NCBI GenBank assembly: GCA_965202585.1
Contig: OZ241827.1
Span: 75,330,001-75,394,000, forward strand
DNA from: Thalia democratica
Taxonomy: Eukaryota
Length of the DNA: 64,000 bases
Direction: 5' to 3'
The notes under the pieces are model-generated. The model had not been told where the DNA came from. It ran no database searches and worked only from the letters and a program-made list of their open reading frames with translations. This document shows, piece after piece, positions 62,456 through 64,000 of the stretch. Within the stretch, counting starts at the first letter, position 1. Each line of letters begins with the position of its first letter. The translations under genes were made by a program, and so were the position numbers.

Positions 62456-64000
62456 TCTAAAACTAACAATACTAAATAAAAATATAGGCAGTATTATTTG
62501 ACTTAAGTATTTGATGCTTTTATGATTTAAAACATATTCGAAAGCTATAAACTTTCTTATTTAACTTTATTTATTTGTTAATTTAGTAAACTATTTTCTG
62601 AATGTTAATGATAACTAGTTTTCTTTGACTCATAAAATATTTACAAATATAAATATATAGAAACAATTAATTTGATTTAATCCATGTGTAATTTTTGTTA
62701 CTTAAAACCATGCTATTTTAATAATGACTATATTAAATTTGAGATTAGTAAACTTTAATTGTAATTACTTTTAATACGTTTAGCAGGTTAAAACTGATTA
62801 TTGAACTGTTGATAAAACTTAATAAAGAACAAACTTATCTTGTGTGTTGTTTGTTTACAATGATAGTTTTTTATTTAACATAACGTAAATTAGTTTTTTT
62901 AATCAAAGTAGCTTTACTATTTTTTTTAAAGTGGTTCTGATTTGATATTTAGCAATTTACAAATTACCAAAATTTTTACTTTGGTTTTTTTCTCATAAGT
63001 TACAACTTTGTAAAATTTATATTGTTCGAATAAATTTATCGTCGGTTTTACCCAGTACTCTTACATTTTCACTTTCAACCTTGCAATATACATTATAAGT
63101 TTTATAATGTTTTCTTTGCAGGTCACAGGCTATATGTATCATTAGGTACATGCTGGCCGTGAACCGCAGTTTGTCGATCCCTGATGTAGTTTATAAGTTA
63201 ATAAGTTTTGATTTATTGGAATACAATTACATTTTCCCTAGCCACAGTTTAACCTTATGCGGGTCGTATCTCACTTATACATATGTTGACATAGTCTTTT
63301 TCATTCCCAAGCCGAGTTTAAGTTTTGACAGTTACAGTTTATAAATTCAAATGTATTTGATTATAATTTGCTAAGAATAAAACTAATGTTAATTTTATTC
63401 AAAGTTGTTTTTAGCAGGGATTAAAACTATCTATAACTTTTTTTAAACTTGATTTTAATAGTAGTTTCTGCTTAAAGCATCTAATTTATCAAGTAAGCTA
63501 CTTAAAACTAGCATCATAGTAGTAATTTATATGTTTACTCTCTTAGCGTAGGAAAATGCTTTAAAACTTAACATAACAAAGTTTAAGAAATAAAAATGTT
63601 AAAGAACTTTTAAGTAAAAAATAAATAAGGTTTTAATAAAGAATTAATGCTTTGTTTTATTTATTATATTAATCAAACTGTATGCTGACTCCTATGTTAA
63701 TATTAGACAGTAAAGTGTTATAGTGCTTTTGAATTTGGGATATCTACACACACGTTTAATAGATTAGAAAGTACTTATAAGTAGTTACTGATTCTATAAG
63801 TCCTCGATTGTGGTTTGTATAATACATGTAGAAATCACAAAACTATCGTTGTTAAAAAAATATATTTGCATTATACCCTATAATTTGGTAATGTATTTAA
63901 AATTTGAGTATAATCATCAAAAATTTTAACTTAAGAGTATGAAACTCCGTGAAACTCTAGAAATTAATTCAGACTTAATTTAAACCCTAAAAATACTAAA

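Larger units (their letters stand above)
48883..64000 (-). repeat. Right arm of giant inverted repeat (continues beyond the window)
   Basis: Reverse complement of ~21512-39340. It lacks the Gypsy insert and ~22152-23158, and carries an extra hAT MITE and PLE fragment. Confidence 0.95.

Noticed and set aside
1-64000. CRISPR arrays, tRNA, rRNA, telomeric or satellite arrays
   Set aside because: No regularly spaced short repeats or recognisable structural-RNA sequence seen by eye; tRNAscan/Infernal were not run.

Overview
AT-rich (roughly 25% GC by eye) intron-containing eukaryotic DNA, most likely from an invertebrate animal; I cannot name the organism. I found no prokaryotic features, rRNA, tRNA or CRISPR arrays. 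The window is built from repeated copies of one large segment. A direct duplication pairs 1-20379 with ~30335-46465. A giant inverted repeat pairs ~21512-39340 with 48883-64000 (and runs off the window) around a 9.5-kb spacer. A local 3.5-kb tandem duplication lies at 8421-15490. The repeated segment carries three genes reconstructed by hand across introns. (i) A multi-exon gene encoding a Crypton-type tyrosine-recombinase-derived DUF3504-like domain with decayed catalytic motifs and an unrecognised C-terminal domain: four copies of the last exons, most with visible lesions. (ii) A two-domain stefin-like cystatin: two copies, identical in coding sequence as far as I can read. (iii) A secreted CAP/SCP protein: one pseudogene and one near-intact copy on opposite palindrome arms. 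The spacer also holds a unique intronless 613-aa tandem serine protease (active domain plus dead domain). Mobile DNA comprises a foldback element containing a nested Penelope-like fragment with inverted pseudo-LTRs and a hammerhead-like motif, an internally deleted Ty3/Gypsy element (filled, truncated and empty alleles all present), a hAT MITE and a degenerate Penelope fragment. All alignments, counts and exon models were made by eye; family assignments come from motif recall, not database searches.
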